From Nitrosopumilus sp. (GTDB taxonomy: Archaea > Thermoproteota > Nitrososphaeria > Nitrososphaerales > Nitrosopumilaceae), in contig OZ243974.1 in NCBI GenBank assembly GCA_965214775.1, forward strand, positions 2,144,001-2,208,000: a stretch of DNA of 64,000 bases, given 5' to 3'. Positions 50,332-61,007 of this stretch are shown piece by piece. The notes under the pieces were generated by a model. The model was not told the origin of the DNA. It was given only the letters and a program-made list of their open reading frames with translations, and did no database searches. The first letter of the stretch is position 1; each line of letters starts with the position of its first letter. The position numbers and the translations under genes were made by a program.

Positions 50332-51555
50332 TTGCCTGAAGAATACCGTTATGATCTGGTCGTTGTCGGAGGGGGTCCTGCAGGCTCCTCAGCTGCATTT
50401 TCAGCCGCCAAGGCAGGAATCAAAACCGCGTTAATTGAAAAAGAGGGCTCTATTGCAGAAACTGTCAGGACTAGCGGCGTAACCTGGATTCAAAACATAA
50501 ACGAGTTTGGAATTCCCGAGGATTGCTACAATCCGATCAAAAATTTTTCCTTCTGTTCCCCAAATAACAAGGTGTCAATAAGTGATACGGTTCCGAGGGC
50601 TGCAGTTTTAGATGTCAGAAAAACATACAGATGGCTTGCAAAACAGGCTGAAGAACAAGGCACAGTTATCTTTGTAAAGACTGCCATCACAGATGCAATC
50701 AAAAATCCAGACGGGGATATCACAGGAGTGTCCGGGATTAATCAGAATGGAAAAGTAACTTTTCATGCCAGAGTTGTGATCGATGCAAGCGGTTTTCCCT
50801 CGACAGTTTCTAAAGCAATGGGATATGTGACTCCATGGAAAAGATTTGGGGCAGGAGCAGAATACGAGGCCAGAGTGGAAAAGGCTGACAAAGACAGATG
50901 GTGGCTCATGGTAGGACAGCAGTATTCGCCTGCAGGATACGCATGGATCTTTCCATTGGGCAACAACATCGTAAGAATAGGAGTCGGTGTTGGCAAACCT
51001 GATTCGGATGTGGATCCGGCTCAGAGACTAGACGAGATTATGGAAAAAAGGATCGGCCCCATCAGGGATCTCGGAGAAATCACGCCAATCGAATTTCATT
51101 ACGGCCTGATTCCAAATGACGGATTGTCTAGAAAAACTGTTTTTAACAACTTGATTCTGGTAGGAGATGCTGCCGGACAGGCAAATCCGCTGGTTTTGGA
51201 AGGAATCAGATATGCGATAAAGTTCGGAAGAATAGCAGGACAAACAGCTGCAGAGGCAATAAAATCCGGAAGAACATCAGAAAACGAGCTTCGTCCATAC
51301 GAAGACAGTTGGAAAAAAGAAATTAAATCAAAAATTAACTCTGCTGGCAAAGTACAAGACAGATGGATTAAATTGACTGATGAGCAATGGGACAAAGAAC
51401 TGGACATTATCGGCGAGCTCAAATCAGAAGAGTTCTTGGACTTTATCAAGGCGGATTTTGGATTATCCAGCATGCTTAAACTTGCGACCCGCCATCCAAG
51501 ACTGGCAGCAAGACAGCTCTTTGGCCTAGTAGTGGCAACAAAAGGGGAAAAATAA
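50332..51555 (+). CDS. Geranylgeranyl reductase-family FAD oxidoreductase
   Basis: VVGGGPAG, GYAWIFP, LVGDAAG..NP...EGI. Confidence 0.9.
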   Translation: MPEEYRYDLVVVGGGPAGSSAAFSAAKAGIKTALIEKEGSIAETVRTSGVTWIQNINEFGIPEDCYNPIKNFSFCSPNNKVSISDTVPRAAVLDVRKTYRWLAKQAEEQGTVIFVKTAITDAIKNPDGDITGVSGINQNGKVTFHARVVIDASGFPSTVSKAMGYVTPWKRFGAGAEYEARVEKADKDRWWLMVGQQYSPAGYAWIFPLGNNIVRIGVGVGKPDSDVDPAQRLDEIMEKRIGPIRDLGEITPIEFHYGLIPNDGLSRKTVFNNLILVGDAAGQANPLVLEGIRYAIKFGRIAGQTAAEAIKSGRTSENELRPYEDSWKKEIKSKINSAGKVQDRWIKLTDEQWDKELDIIGELKSEEFLDFIKADFGLSSMLKLATRHPRLAARQLFGLVVATKGEK

Positions 51556-54525
51556 TCATCTGACATTAAAAAAGTCAGTAACAACTATGTCCAGGTATTG
51601 CAGCTGGGCAACATAAACCCCTGGCTCAAACGGGGTTGAAACAACCTTGGTAAACAATCCTGAGGAGTCGTCCTTTAACGCAATTTCTTCAATGCGATCG
51701 CCGTGCTGATCATAGATGTCTACAAAGAGGTCTTCCCTAAATGCAAGCTCTTTTTGAACTGCGCCTGAAAGGATTAGTTTGTCATCCTCATAGTGGGCCT
51801 CAATCACCGCTGAACGTGAGCGAACAGGGAGATAACGTTCAATGATCACCTTTAACTCTTCCAGGCTGTCATTTGCATTTTCGGCATCGCGGTTTGCCAA
51901 GCCGGACTTGATCTCATTGATGACTGAAGCAAATCTGGGATTGGAGTCAAAGCTTTCACCGCCGAATCTTTCAACAAAGAACTCTAGCTCGTTGAACTCT
52001 CTTGCCAAATGTGCCATGTCTAGATCAGATCTGTCATACGTGCTGGTGAATTTCTCTTCAACATGGACAATCTGAGTCGCCTTGGAATTCTTGTACTGCA
52101 GCAAGACAACATATAATCCGGGATCAGTCGGTGCCTCCCACTGGGTATAGAAATTTCCCTGCCTGGTATCGGTAAATTCTAGGCTGCTGTGAGTGGTCCC
52201 GTCCATGTTGAACACCGTAACGTAGAGGTTCTCACGCCTGTCAAATACGGATTTTTCAGTCGCCCCCTGGATTACCCAAAGTTCCTTCTCAAGATCATAT
52301 GAAATGTCATAAATGATGCTAGGGCTGCTTAATGCCAGATACTCGCTAAGATAATCGCCAATCTCAGTAATCTTTGTTTCAGCGTCAATAAAGTTGGCAA
52401 TCTCGATTAATTCATCTGCATCCTCCATCAATTGGTGATACCCATCTGCATGTGCGGCAAACTCGTTGTTGTAAAATGTGTTGACCATGCCTGAAAACGT
52501 TTCAAGTTTTTTGCGCAGTTCGATCCTCTTTAATTCGTCACTGGTATAGCCGACATCCGATCCATAGGGATCATTTGCATATGCATCTGAGACTAGCTGC
52601 CATTCCTCAAACAGTTCTCTGACCAAGACATCGGCCTGATCCAAGTCATCCTGAATCACCAAATCCCTTACACGGTCAATTCTTTTGTTAATGGTTTCGG
52701 TAAATTCAACATAGTTTGGCAGGAATCTGTTTTTTGTCATGCTGAGTTCCACCAAATTTTCTATGGACTTTGCACGTTGCAGGATATCGCTTGCCCTGAC
52801 TTGGAATGCGTCTTTGTTGTAAGAGTCTAGATCGCTTTTGATGGCCGGAGCCGTTTCACTTGCCCATGTTAGCAGAACCTCGATTCTGTCTATTCTGGTA
52901 CTTGACGGGTTTCCAGATTCCATCTCCTTGGCAGTTTCAATGATTTGTAGCGCGTTATTTATCGCAAAGAGGTTTTGATAATCAGCCTGAAGTTCAGCTT
53001 TTTGCTTCATTGACTGGTATTGGAATTCCAATACTACCAACGGACTCCTTTTTTCCCTTAATTCGTTCATGGACTGATCAAACTCAGAGACGATGCCTAG
53101 AATTTCCTCTACGGATCTTGCCTCATTGACCCGCTCAAGAAGGTCTTGCCAGTCAGAAGTCCTCTTTGAATCAACTCCGGACGATTGGGAGATTTCTATG
53201 CTCTTGCTGATTCTAGAGGAGATGTCGATTACCTGAGCCATTTGGCGGATTTGGTTTTCTGCATCCAGAATATCACTGACAGACGAGGCCAGCACCAGAT
53301 CACTTTCCAAATCACGCCAGTCAGGCTGGAGCAGATTGGCAAGCTCGTCATTTTCTTCAGAGTCTGACGAGATGAAGCGCTCAACGTCGTCTATCTCTCG
53401 CAGCAACAGGGCAGCCGAATGAAGGTCAGATACGCGGGGTTTTGACTCGATTAGCTCGCCAATTGACTCTCTTGCCTGAAGGTGGGGTTTCAGAGTCTCC
53501 CAATCATTTTGAACAAGACGGTAAAGGTCAGTCTGTTTTCTTGAAATTACATCAAGATATCTGGATTTTGAGAGGACGTCGACTAGTTCGGCGATTTCAG
53601 CAGAATGGACCGGTGCTGTTCCTCGCGCAAAAATGAACGCAACCTCGTTTTTTACGGGCTTGCTCATTACGGTGTCAGACTTTGTCATAAGGCTCAGCAG
53701 GGTTTCTTCCAATTCGTCAAAGGTGGGAATTCGCTGGCTTGGAATTTTTTCAGGGTTTAGATTTCGGATGTCTGTAACGGCATCAGTAAGTAATTGGACC
53801 GCTCTTGTTTTGTCGCCTATCTCGTAATGAAAGACTGATGCAAAGATTGTCCTGTCGATGGATTTTGCCACTTCAAAAGAGATTTCATCATCATCCAGTA
53901 ATTGGATTACAGAGTCCAGCGATGAAGAAACTGCAGTCCTAATCATGGGATCAACTTCAATCAGCAACTCGTCAACAAAAAATTCATCCCACAAGTCAAC
54001 GTAAGACGTTTCTAACACGTCCAAGTCTGATGATGATCCAGGATCAGATACGGGTGAAGTGATTTCAAACGTGTCTGAAATTGTTTGGGCATGGCTTGAA
54101 ACCAGTTCTTTGGCCAATTCAATGCGCTGTTCATGGCTTGTCTCAGAGTATGAACCAGAACTCAGGCTAAACGTTGTTGATTTTGTATGATCGCCGTAGA
54201 ACAGCTTGATCTCATACTCTCCGGAAACCCCGCAAATTCTTCCTTTGAGAGGAATGGCATCCGTGACAAATGCGCCGTTTGGCAACGGCGTTAATTGCTG
54301 GATCTGACACAAATCGCCTTGGGGGTTTATGATTTGCATGATCAGAAACGAATCACTATCAAGATTTGCAACTTTGCCAAAGACAAAGAGGGGTTCTCCT
54401 TTCTCAAGTGTTCCAAAATTCTCCAAGATGGAAATCCTGTCAGGAGTTTGAGCAGAGGCATAGACAGGCACCATTAAGACTGCCATTATGCACAAAACAA
54501 TGGGAATTTGCCTCACAAAGATCAA
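51556..54525 (-). CDS. Large secreted acidic hypothetical protein
   Basis: Signal peptide; Ig-like beta segments at both ends, helical core. Confidence 0.75.
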   Translation of the reverse strand: MIFVRQIPIVLCIMAVLMVPVYASAQTPDRISILENFGTLEKGEPLFVFGKVANLDSDSFLIMQIINPQGDLCQIQQLTPLPNGAFVTDAIPLKGRICGVSGEYEIKLFYGDHTKSTTFSLSSGSYSETSHEQRIELAKELVSSHAQTISDTFEITSPVSDPGSSSDLDVLETSYVDLWDEFFVDELLIEVDPMIRTAVSSSLDSVIQLLDDDEISFEVAKSIDRTIFASVFHYEIGDKTRAVQLLTDAVTDIRNLNPEKIPSQRIPTFDELEETLLSLMTKSDTVMSKPVKNEVAFIFARGTAPVHSAEIAELVDVLSKSRYLDVISRKQTDLYRLVQNDWETLKPHLQARESIGELIESKPRVSDLHSAALLLREIDDVERFISSDSEENDELANLLQPDWRDLESDLVLASSVSDILDAENQIRQMAQVIDISSRISKSIEISQSSGVDSKRTSDWQDLLERVNEARSVEEILGIVSEFDQSMNELREKRSPLVVLEFQYQSMKQKAELQADYQNLFAINNALQIIETAKEMESGNPSSTRIDRIEVLLTWASETAPAIKSDLDSYNKDAFQVRASDILQRAKSIENLVELSMTKNRFLPNYVEFTETINKRIDRVRDLVIQDDLDQADVLVRELFEEWQLVSDAYANDPYGSDVGYTSDELKRIELRKKLETFSGMVNTFYNNEFAAHADGYHQLMEDADELIEIANFIDAETKITEIGDYLSEYLALSSPSIIYDISYDLEKELWVIQGATEKSVFDRRENLYVTVFNMDGTTHSSLEFTDTRQGNFYTQWEAPTDPGLYVVLLQYKNSKATQIVHVEEKFTSTYDRSDLDMAHLAREFNELEFFVERFGGESFDSNPRFASVINEIKSGLANRDAENANDSLEELKVIIERYLPVRSRSAVIEAHYEDDKLILSGAVQKELAFREDLFVDIYDQHGDRIEEIALKDDSSGLFTKVVSTPFEPGVYVAQLQYLDIVVTDFFNVR

Positions 54526-54576
54526 TACGTCTACTTGTACTACTTAAGATTTAGGTATCTATCAGTCGCATTCTAT

Positions 54577-55282
54577 TGTACGAAAAGTCGGTCCGCCTAG
54601 GATCAGGAGGACAATAGCGGACTATTTTAGGCTGTACCGATCACGAAAAACCATGAAAAAAATACTGACAGAAGAGTCACGGCAGTACCTAGTAAGACAG
54701 TGCAAGAAAGGCGTCGCGTCCTCCAAGATAGCAAAGGATCTGAACATCACGGCAAGGCACGTAAGGAGGCTGTGGGCCCGGTTCCAGGCAGCAGGTACGA
54801 CGCGCGTGAAAATGGGCAGGCCGCATGTCCCGGTCACAGCCGCCCAGATACGTCTGGTGACCGGGACGCACGAGGGCGAACCGACAGGCGTACTGCGCAC
54901 CGCAGGCAGGCTGAGGCACAATCACAATATAAGCTACCGTGCAGTATACCGCATAATGAAGAAGAACAACCTGGTGATTCCGTCTGCGGCAAAATCAAAA
55001 AAGAGGGGATACGTCCGCTTTGAGCGCAAATACTCCAACGCGATGTGGCACGCAGACTGGCATGAAATGAAGGATCCGCGCCTAAAGGGACTCAACCTAG
55101 TCACGTATCTTGACGATGCCTCAAGGTGCATTACGGGGGCCGCACTATTTGAGCATGCCACCTCTGAGAGCGCCGTAATGACACTCAGGCTGGCGATCGA
55201 GAGGTTTGGTGCGCCTGCATCCATACTGTCTGACAACGGCTCGTGCTTTGTAGGACAGAACGGCAGAAAAAAGGCGGCACCG
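54577..55282 (+). mobile_element. Truncated IS481-family element (transposase from 54653)
   Basis: TGT left end; MWHADWH, YLDDASR, LSDNGSCF; cut by IS630, 3' half absent. Confidence 0.85.
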
Positions 55283-57533
55283 TAGTCAACATATAAAAAA
55301 AAGAACAATTTTGACAACTATTTTTGATCCAAACATTAAGATCAGGCAAGGAATACGCATATGCATGGACAGACAGAGAAAGGAATTCGTAGCATCAGGA
55401 AGCAAATTCCTGCCAAATACGTCACGCTCCTACCTGCACAAGGCATACAAAAAGGAGACAGACAAGAGAAAGCGCGACAGGCTGCTTGCATACATGCAGC
55501 GCAAGGACGACCTCGGTGTGGAACAGATAGCAAAGAACCTCGACCGGGCACATTCCACCATATCCAAGTGGCTCATCCGCGCACAGGACGAGGGAATACG
55601 TGCAAGGCACGAGCGGCCAGGCAGGGGACGCAAGCACAAGCTGAGTGAGTCGCAGCTGAAACAGCTTGCAGCGGATCTCAAGTCAGGATCCGAGGAGTGC
55701 GGTTTTGAGAGCAGCCTGTGGGACTCGGGCCTGATGAGACGGCACATCAAAAAGAAGTTCGGCATAGAATACAGCAAGAGCGGCACGCGGCTGCTGGCAC
55801 GCGAGCTTGGGTTCTCATGGAGGAAGCCGAGGCCAAAGAACCCAAAGGCCGTCTCAAAACAAAAGCAGAACGAGTTCAAGGAGGCATCCCAAGAGCTGAT
55901 ACGGGAAAAGGAGGCGCAAGGGTATACGGTATAGCAACGGTCACAAGTAATTGAGGGCTTTGACCGGCGATCTGTAAATGTACTTGTACATGCAAAGGTG
56001 GGCAAACGACACCGTCCTGTAGTACTCGGATATGGCATGCCGTAGCTCGCTGATTTTCCTGTACACTATCCCCCTGAAAACGACAGGCTTGCCTAGGTTC
56101 CAGCATTCTTCCACGATATTGAGGTACGGCGATCCCTTCGGGATCATTATCAGCCTGATGTCGGGATGACCTGCCAGATATTCTGCGACGTCAATAGATC
56201 TGTGCACACTCCACCTGTCGCAAAAGACGGCAACCTTGCCAAACTTGGCGCGCAACGCCTCCAGACATTGTATGAACTGCACTGACCTAAACGATCCCGT
56301 AAACGTCCTGAACAGCCTTCTGCCGTCTTCTGCGATGCTTCCAAACACGGCCACCTTTGTGTGGTCCCCCGAATACGATGCCACGCTTCTGGTGCCGACC
56401 GGACCCCACACGTATCTGTCGTATGCGCCCTGCACGAAGAACGCCTCATCAGATGACACCAGCGTAAAACCCTCTCTTTTCAGGCACGGAATCCGCACGT
56501 TTTCAAGATACCGTTGCCACGAGTATACGGAGCTTGGGGTGGCATGGTTGACATGCACGTTTTGCACCTTGCGGCGCGACAGGCCGTGCTGGCGCATCAG
56601 TTTTCGGACATGTCCTGTGCTGTATTCTGTCCCGGTGGCATCCCTTATGTCATCGCGTACCGTCATAACATCGGTACTTTTGCATGCAGTGGACAGGTCC
56701 ATTATGGCGGCAATACTTTCTCTGTCCACCTTTGGCCTGCATCCGGAACGGGGAAGATCCCGGAGACCGTCTATGCCGTCCTCCGAAAACCTCGCCAGCC
56801 AGTTGCGCACGGAATTCTCACTGCACCGGACCCTTCTTGCAGTCTCAGGCACGCCCACGTCGTCTTCTAGCACAAACATCAGCGCCATGATCTTCTTGTA
56901 GACTTTGACATCCTTTTCTTTGCGCATGGCCTCTGACAGGCTTTTGTCTGTTTCTTTTGCCATGTCATTGCGCCGGTTAGGCGATCCATATACTTTTCGA
57001 ATGATCCCGTTTTGGCTCAAAGACTTCTGATCATTGCTATACTGGCAGAAGACGAGTCATCCATACAAAAGACCTCAAACAGCCCCAAACACGGGTGGCT
57101 CAGGCGCGGCATGAGCGTCACGGCGCCCTTGACGCTGTCACGGCAGCGCCGGTACATGTTCGGCGTGCTGGCAGTTAACATATTCTACTATATGTTCTAT
57201 GACAAGACCAACACCGACAGCTTTTGCGACTTTTTGGAAAAGGTGCACGAAAAGTACGGAAAGGTGTTGATATTCCTGGATAATGCGTCATACCACAAGT
57301 CTGTCGGCGTAAGGGAGATGCTGGAAAAGTACAAGGGCGAGATAATACTGGAGTACCTGCCGCCGTACGCGCCGGAGCTCAATCCTGTAGAGATACAGTG
57401 GAGGGAGATAAAGCGGAGGCTGTCTGCCAGGGTGTTTGATACGCTTGATGAGATGGAGCAGTCCGTGCGGAATCTGTTTGCAAGAGGAGAGGTCCTGCCG
57501 GTAAAGATGTTCCGATATTTGATGGGCTGACTA
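55283..57533 (+). mobile_element. IS630 element interrupted by a second IS630 (transposase 55365-55931 + 57042-57530)
   Basis: Ends TAGTCA.../...TGACTA; halves join as GYTV-LAEDES...LDNASYH...LPPYAPELNPVE. Confidence 0.88.
55932..57039 (-). mobile_element. IS630-family element (copy 2), intact transposase 55941-56963
   Basis: Highly similar to 33818-34923; TATA at both junctions. Confidence 0.9.
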
Positions 57534-57542
57534 CTGCAGCAG

Positions 57543-57574
57543 CAACAACTGTCGTGTTCCATACTGTCGGGTCT
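57543..57574. repeat. 32-bp unit CAACAACTGTCGTGTTCCATACTGTCGGGTCT; the second copy is split by IS630 (57622-57633 + 58771-58790)
   Basis: Read directly from the sequence. Confidence 0.85.
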
Positions 57575-57633
57575 TGTGTGGCAGTATGTCAAACCCCCCA
57601 TGCACGAATTAACTACTGCCACAACAACTGTCG

Positions 57634-58768
57634 TAGTATCTACGTCAGCCATTTGTTCATCTTTACCACCTTTATCTCGCCCCTGCGCGTCATACTGCGC
57701 AGTGATCTCTGCATCTCCTTGACGGTCTTGTAAAGGCAGTTTGAAGTCGCCTTTTTGAACCCGCGCCACTGCCCCTCCGAGTTGTTAAGCTCCGGCGCGT
57801 ACGGCGGCAGGTACTTTAGCACCACGTCCCCGTTCCACTTGGCCATCTTTCTATTGAGTTCTGCTGACTTGTGGTACGATGCGTTGTCGACAAACAACAA
57901 CACCTTGCCGTACTTGCGGCGCAGTGTCCTGAGAAACTTGTAGAACGTTCCCGTGTTGGCCTTTTCGTAAAAGCGATAGTCAAACCTGTTTCTTGAGAGG
58001 GCCCCTATGACATAGAACCGCTTCCTAGACAGGCTGACGGGCGTATAGACCGGCTCTCCTACGGGGTACCAGCTGTTCTTGACGTTCCATCCCAGTATGA
58101 ACATGGACTCGTCGCCTATCATTACCGTGTACCCCTTTTTTGAATAGTACTTTGCGCTCTGCCTAGCTTTTTTTTTGAACTCCTTTTTCTCGGATTCTGA
58201 GGCTGATTTTGGGTGTTTTGGCCTGGGCTTTCTGCATGAGAAGCCGATTCTGTGCAGCAGGTCGTACATGCTCGTTTCTGCATACGTGATGCCGAACTTC
58301 TTTTTGACGTGGGCAATGACCAGCGGCCCTGTCCATGTTGTGGCCTTAAAGCCGCAGTTGTCCGGGCCCTTGATCAGGTCTGCGCGCAGCCGTTCAAGCT
58401 GTTTCTTGTCGAGCCTGCACGGGGCGCCATGCTTTATGTCAAACCTGCCCTCCAGGCCATGCTTGTGCGCACGCACCAGCCAGTATCGTACGGTTCCATA
58501 CGGCCTGCTCAGCTTCTCGGCAATATCATATATGCTCGCGCCGCACTTTCTCATGTGGTATGCAAGGAGCCGGATTGCCGCCTTGGCGTCCTTCTCGGAC
58601 TTGTGCATCCTAAAAAGCTCGTCCTTGCTTGCTATCCCGTACAGGAACGCTGTTCCCGTCGGTAATTCCTTCTTTCCTTTCATGTGTATATATGGAACTA
58701 ATAGCTCTTAGATCCTTTGGTTGAAAAAAATTGTCCTTTTTGTGATCAATTGGTAGCCGAGGATACTA
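57634..58768 (-). mobile_element. IS630-family element
   Basis: Imperfect 26-bp TIR TAGTATC..CG....CCAWTTGWTCA; CG on both flanks. Confidence 0.9.
57640..58683 (-). CDS. IS630 transposase
   Basis: IGDES, VDNASYH, LPPYAPELNNSE. Confidence 0.92.
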   Translation of the reverse strand: MKGKKELPTGTAFLYGIASKDELFRMHKSEKDAKAAIRLLAYHMRKCGASIYDIAEKLSRPYGTVRYWLVRAHKHGLEGRFDIKHGAPCRLDKKQLERLRADLIKGPDNCGFKATTWTGPLVIAHVKKKFGITYAETSMYDLLHRIGFSCRKPRPKHPKSASESEKKEFKKKARQSAKYYSKKGYTVMIGDESMFILGWNVKNSWYPVGEPVYTPVSLSRKRFYVIGALSRNRFDYRFYEKANTGTFYKFLRTLRRKYGKVLLFVDNASYHKSAELNRKMAKWNGDVVLKYLPPYAPELNNSEGQWRGFKKATSNCLYKTVKEMQRSLRSMTRRGEIKVVKMNKWLT

Positions 58769-58809
58769 CGTGTTCCATACTGTCGGGTCTAGTACGCCTT
58801 GCAAAGGCG

Positions 58810-58950
58810 TGAGTGCTTTGCTTGCCAGGAATTTGTCCCTTGATGCTACGAATTCTGTCTGTTTTCCCATGCATATGCGATGGTTTGCATGATCTTAATG
58901 TTGGATCAAAAGCAGTTGTCAAAACTATCCGTTTTTTTATGAATTGACTA
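58810..58950 (-). mobile_element. 5'-end remnant of an IS630 (55283 family)
   Basis: Reverse complement aligns with about 55283-55420. Confidence 0.7.
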
Positions 58951-59044
58951 TGAACCACAAAAAATGACTAGACTATCTAGAATACGATTTGCATCTCTGT
59001 GCATCGAAATCAGGATCCTACTAAAATAACACAAAACCGGCATC

Positions 59045-59755
59045 TTGTTGATGGCCATCGTCTATGGGGTTTCAGAGGCAACAAAAGAATTTCTAAAAAA
59101 ACTCCCAAAGCAAATCCAAAGCCTTGACGAAATTAATGACGTTCATCGAGAACTCAGGAGGGAGTTGGACTCCATTGAAGACAGGGGGCTGGGAAACAAG
59201 TTCAGGCGGTGGCGAAAACAGCGTGTCATCAACAAGATCGACAGCAATGTTGGCGGCGCAGAGCATGCGGGAGCCAGGGGGGAGGACCTAGCCCTGCAAA
59301 AGCTCTCAGAACTCCCTGATGACTATCGTATTTTCTGCGGGGTAAACAAGGACTTGGGAAAGTATGCGACATACGGAAAAAGACGTGATCTAAAATCTGC
59401 TCAGATGGACTTTGTAGTCTTGTCCACAAGGGGCGTAAATGTCATCGAAGTAAAAAACTGGCGCGCATCTTATTACGAGAGTCATCGCGGTCTTTCTCCA
59501 CATGAACAGGTAGACAGGGCCGGCCGGGTACTGTGGATCTCACTGAAATCCTCGTGGTTTGGCCCCCGGGATCCGCCTGTTACCAGCGTGTTGCTATCCT
59601 TGCGGGGAACGATTCCGCCGGATCCAAGATACAGGCATGTTGCCGTGAGGAGTCTAAATGACATCAATTGCTTTTTGCAAAACAGGCAGGAGACATTCTC
59701 TGAAAAGGAGGTAAAAAGGCTGGTTGGGAGAATAAAGGGGGACGTAACCAAATGA
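59045..59755 (+). CDS. NERD-domain (PD-(D/E)xK nuclease-related) protein
   Basis: GARGE, QMDFVV...GV.VIEVKNW, SPHEQ. Confidence 0.85.
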   Translation: MLMAIVYGVSEATKEFLKKLPKQIQSLDEINDVHRELRRELDSIEDRGLGNKFRRWRKQRVINKIDSNVGGAEHAGARGEDLALQKLSELPDDYRIFCGVNKDLGKYATYGKRRDLKSAQMDFVVLSTRGVNVIEVKNWRASYYESHRGLSPHEQVDRAGRVLWISLKSSWFGPRDPPVTSVLLSLRGTIPPDPRYRHVAVRSLNDINCFLQNRQETFSEKEVKRLVGRIKGDVTK

Positions 59756-60053
59756 AACTTTTAATTTCCAGCACGGCGCAGTAAACCCGTGAGTTTTAGA
59801 AATGGTGTGTGCGGAATATTTGAAGCAAAAAAAAAAAAAGATCGGGCTTGAGGAGCACCATCTCGTAGAGTGCTTGGGCGACAAGAAGAGGATGCCTAAA
59901 ATCTGCATTTGCAGTGAATGCCATCACCGGCAGGATTTCTTTTAAAAAACAATTTATCAAAACTTGAATATGAGAAACACGTAAAAGCTGTTCATAGTAG
60001 GGACAAGTGAAAACAGGACTATTGTTACTGCTGAAACCAAAAAATGATGAGTC

Positions 60054-60683
60054 ATGGACGAAGTTCAAAAAACATTTGACAGGTGGGCCCAAAACGGAAG
60101 GGCAGAACTGATGGAGACGCATCACAGAAAAAACGTTTCAAAGTTTTTAGATTCGGTTTCATTTGAAAAGCCGTTTTCTTTTTTGGACATGGGTTGTGGA
60201 AACGGATGGGTTGTAAGAAAGATGAGCCAGATCAAATCCTGCAAGAAAGCAGTAGGAATAGACAAAAGCAAGAAGATGATTGTTCAAGCAAGGAAAAAAA
60301 CCACAAGCAAAAAACAAAGTTTCATTCACACTGACATTGAATCCTGGAAATACAATGGAAGGTTTGACTATGTCTTTTCTATGGAGTCGCTATACTATGC
60401 CGACTCTATAGACGTGGCCTTGGAAAAAATCTCCAAACTGTTAAATCCTGGAGGAAAGTTTTTTTGCGGCACTGATTTTTACTCAGAGAACAAGGCAACT
60501 GCAAGATGGGCGGGAATCATGAAGATTCAGATGCATCTTCACTCAAAAAAAGAGTGGAAAAAATTTTTTAAAGACGCAGGATTTCAAGTCAAAACCAGGC
60601 ATGTCAGGGATCTGAAACACAAGAGAAAATGGAGGAGAGAGTGGGGAACACTGTTCATTACAGGCACAAAGCCGTCAGAGTAA
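60054..60683 (+). CDS. Class I SAM-dependent methyltransferase
   Basis: LDMGCGNG, GIDKS..MI, LNPGG. Confidence 0.9.
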   Translation: MDEVQKTFDRWAQNGRAELMETHHRKNVSKFLDSVSFEKPFSFLDMGCGNGWVVRKMSQIKSCKKAVGIDKSKKMIVQARKKTTSKKQSFIHTDIESWKYNGRFDYVFSMESLYYADSIDVALEKISKLLNPGGKFFCGTDFYSENKATARWAGIMKIQMHLHSKKEWKKFFKDAGFQVKTRHVRDLKHKRKWRREWGTLFITGTKPSE

Positions 60684-60715
60684 TACTCAAATCCAACGGC
60701 ATACTGGGATTTTCA

Positions 60716-60997
60716 TGTGAGCTGGAGCGCGACACGCTGCCACGGCAGAGGAAACTCCTCCCTCCATACAGGATATGCGATCTGGAGATGGATAACCAGA
60801 GATGGTTGGCAACGGAGCAGAAAAGAATCCAATATGGCGCACTGTGATGGTGAAAACCTGAGGTTTCCATAAAAGGAATGAAAAAGCCGTCCCGCATGGA
60901 GCAAAGCCAAACAGAACTTTACGTTCCTGTACTAGGTTCAGGTAGGCTGCAAAGTGAAATGTCGTGAAAACAGAAGGAGGGTTACTCCCAGCACACA
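60716..60997 (+). ncRNA. rnpB: Archaeal RNase P RNA
   Basis: P1 pairing TGTG.GCTGG/CCAGC.CACA; P4 GAGGAAACTCC ... AACAGAAGGAGGGTTA; CAACGGAGCAGAAA; GGAGCAAAGCCAAA. Confidence 0.88.
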
Positions 60998-61007
60998 TTA
61001 TTTAAAA

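Noticed and set aside
60629-60998. Short ORFs downstream of the methyltransferase
   Set aside because: The region is better explained as RNase P RNA
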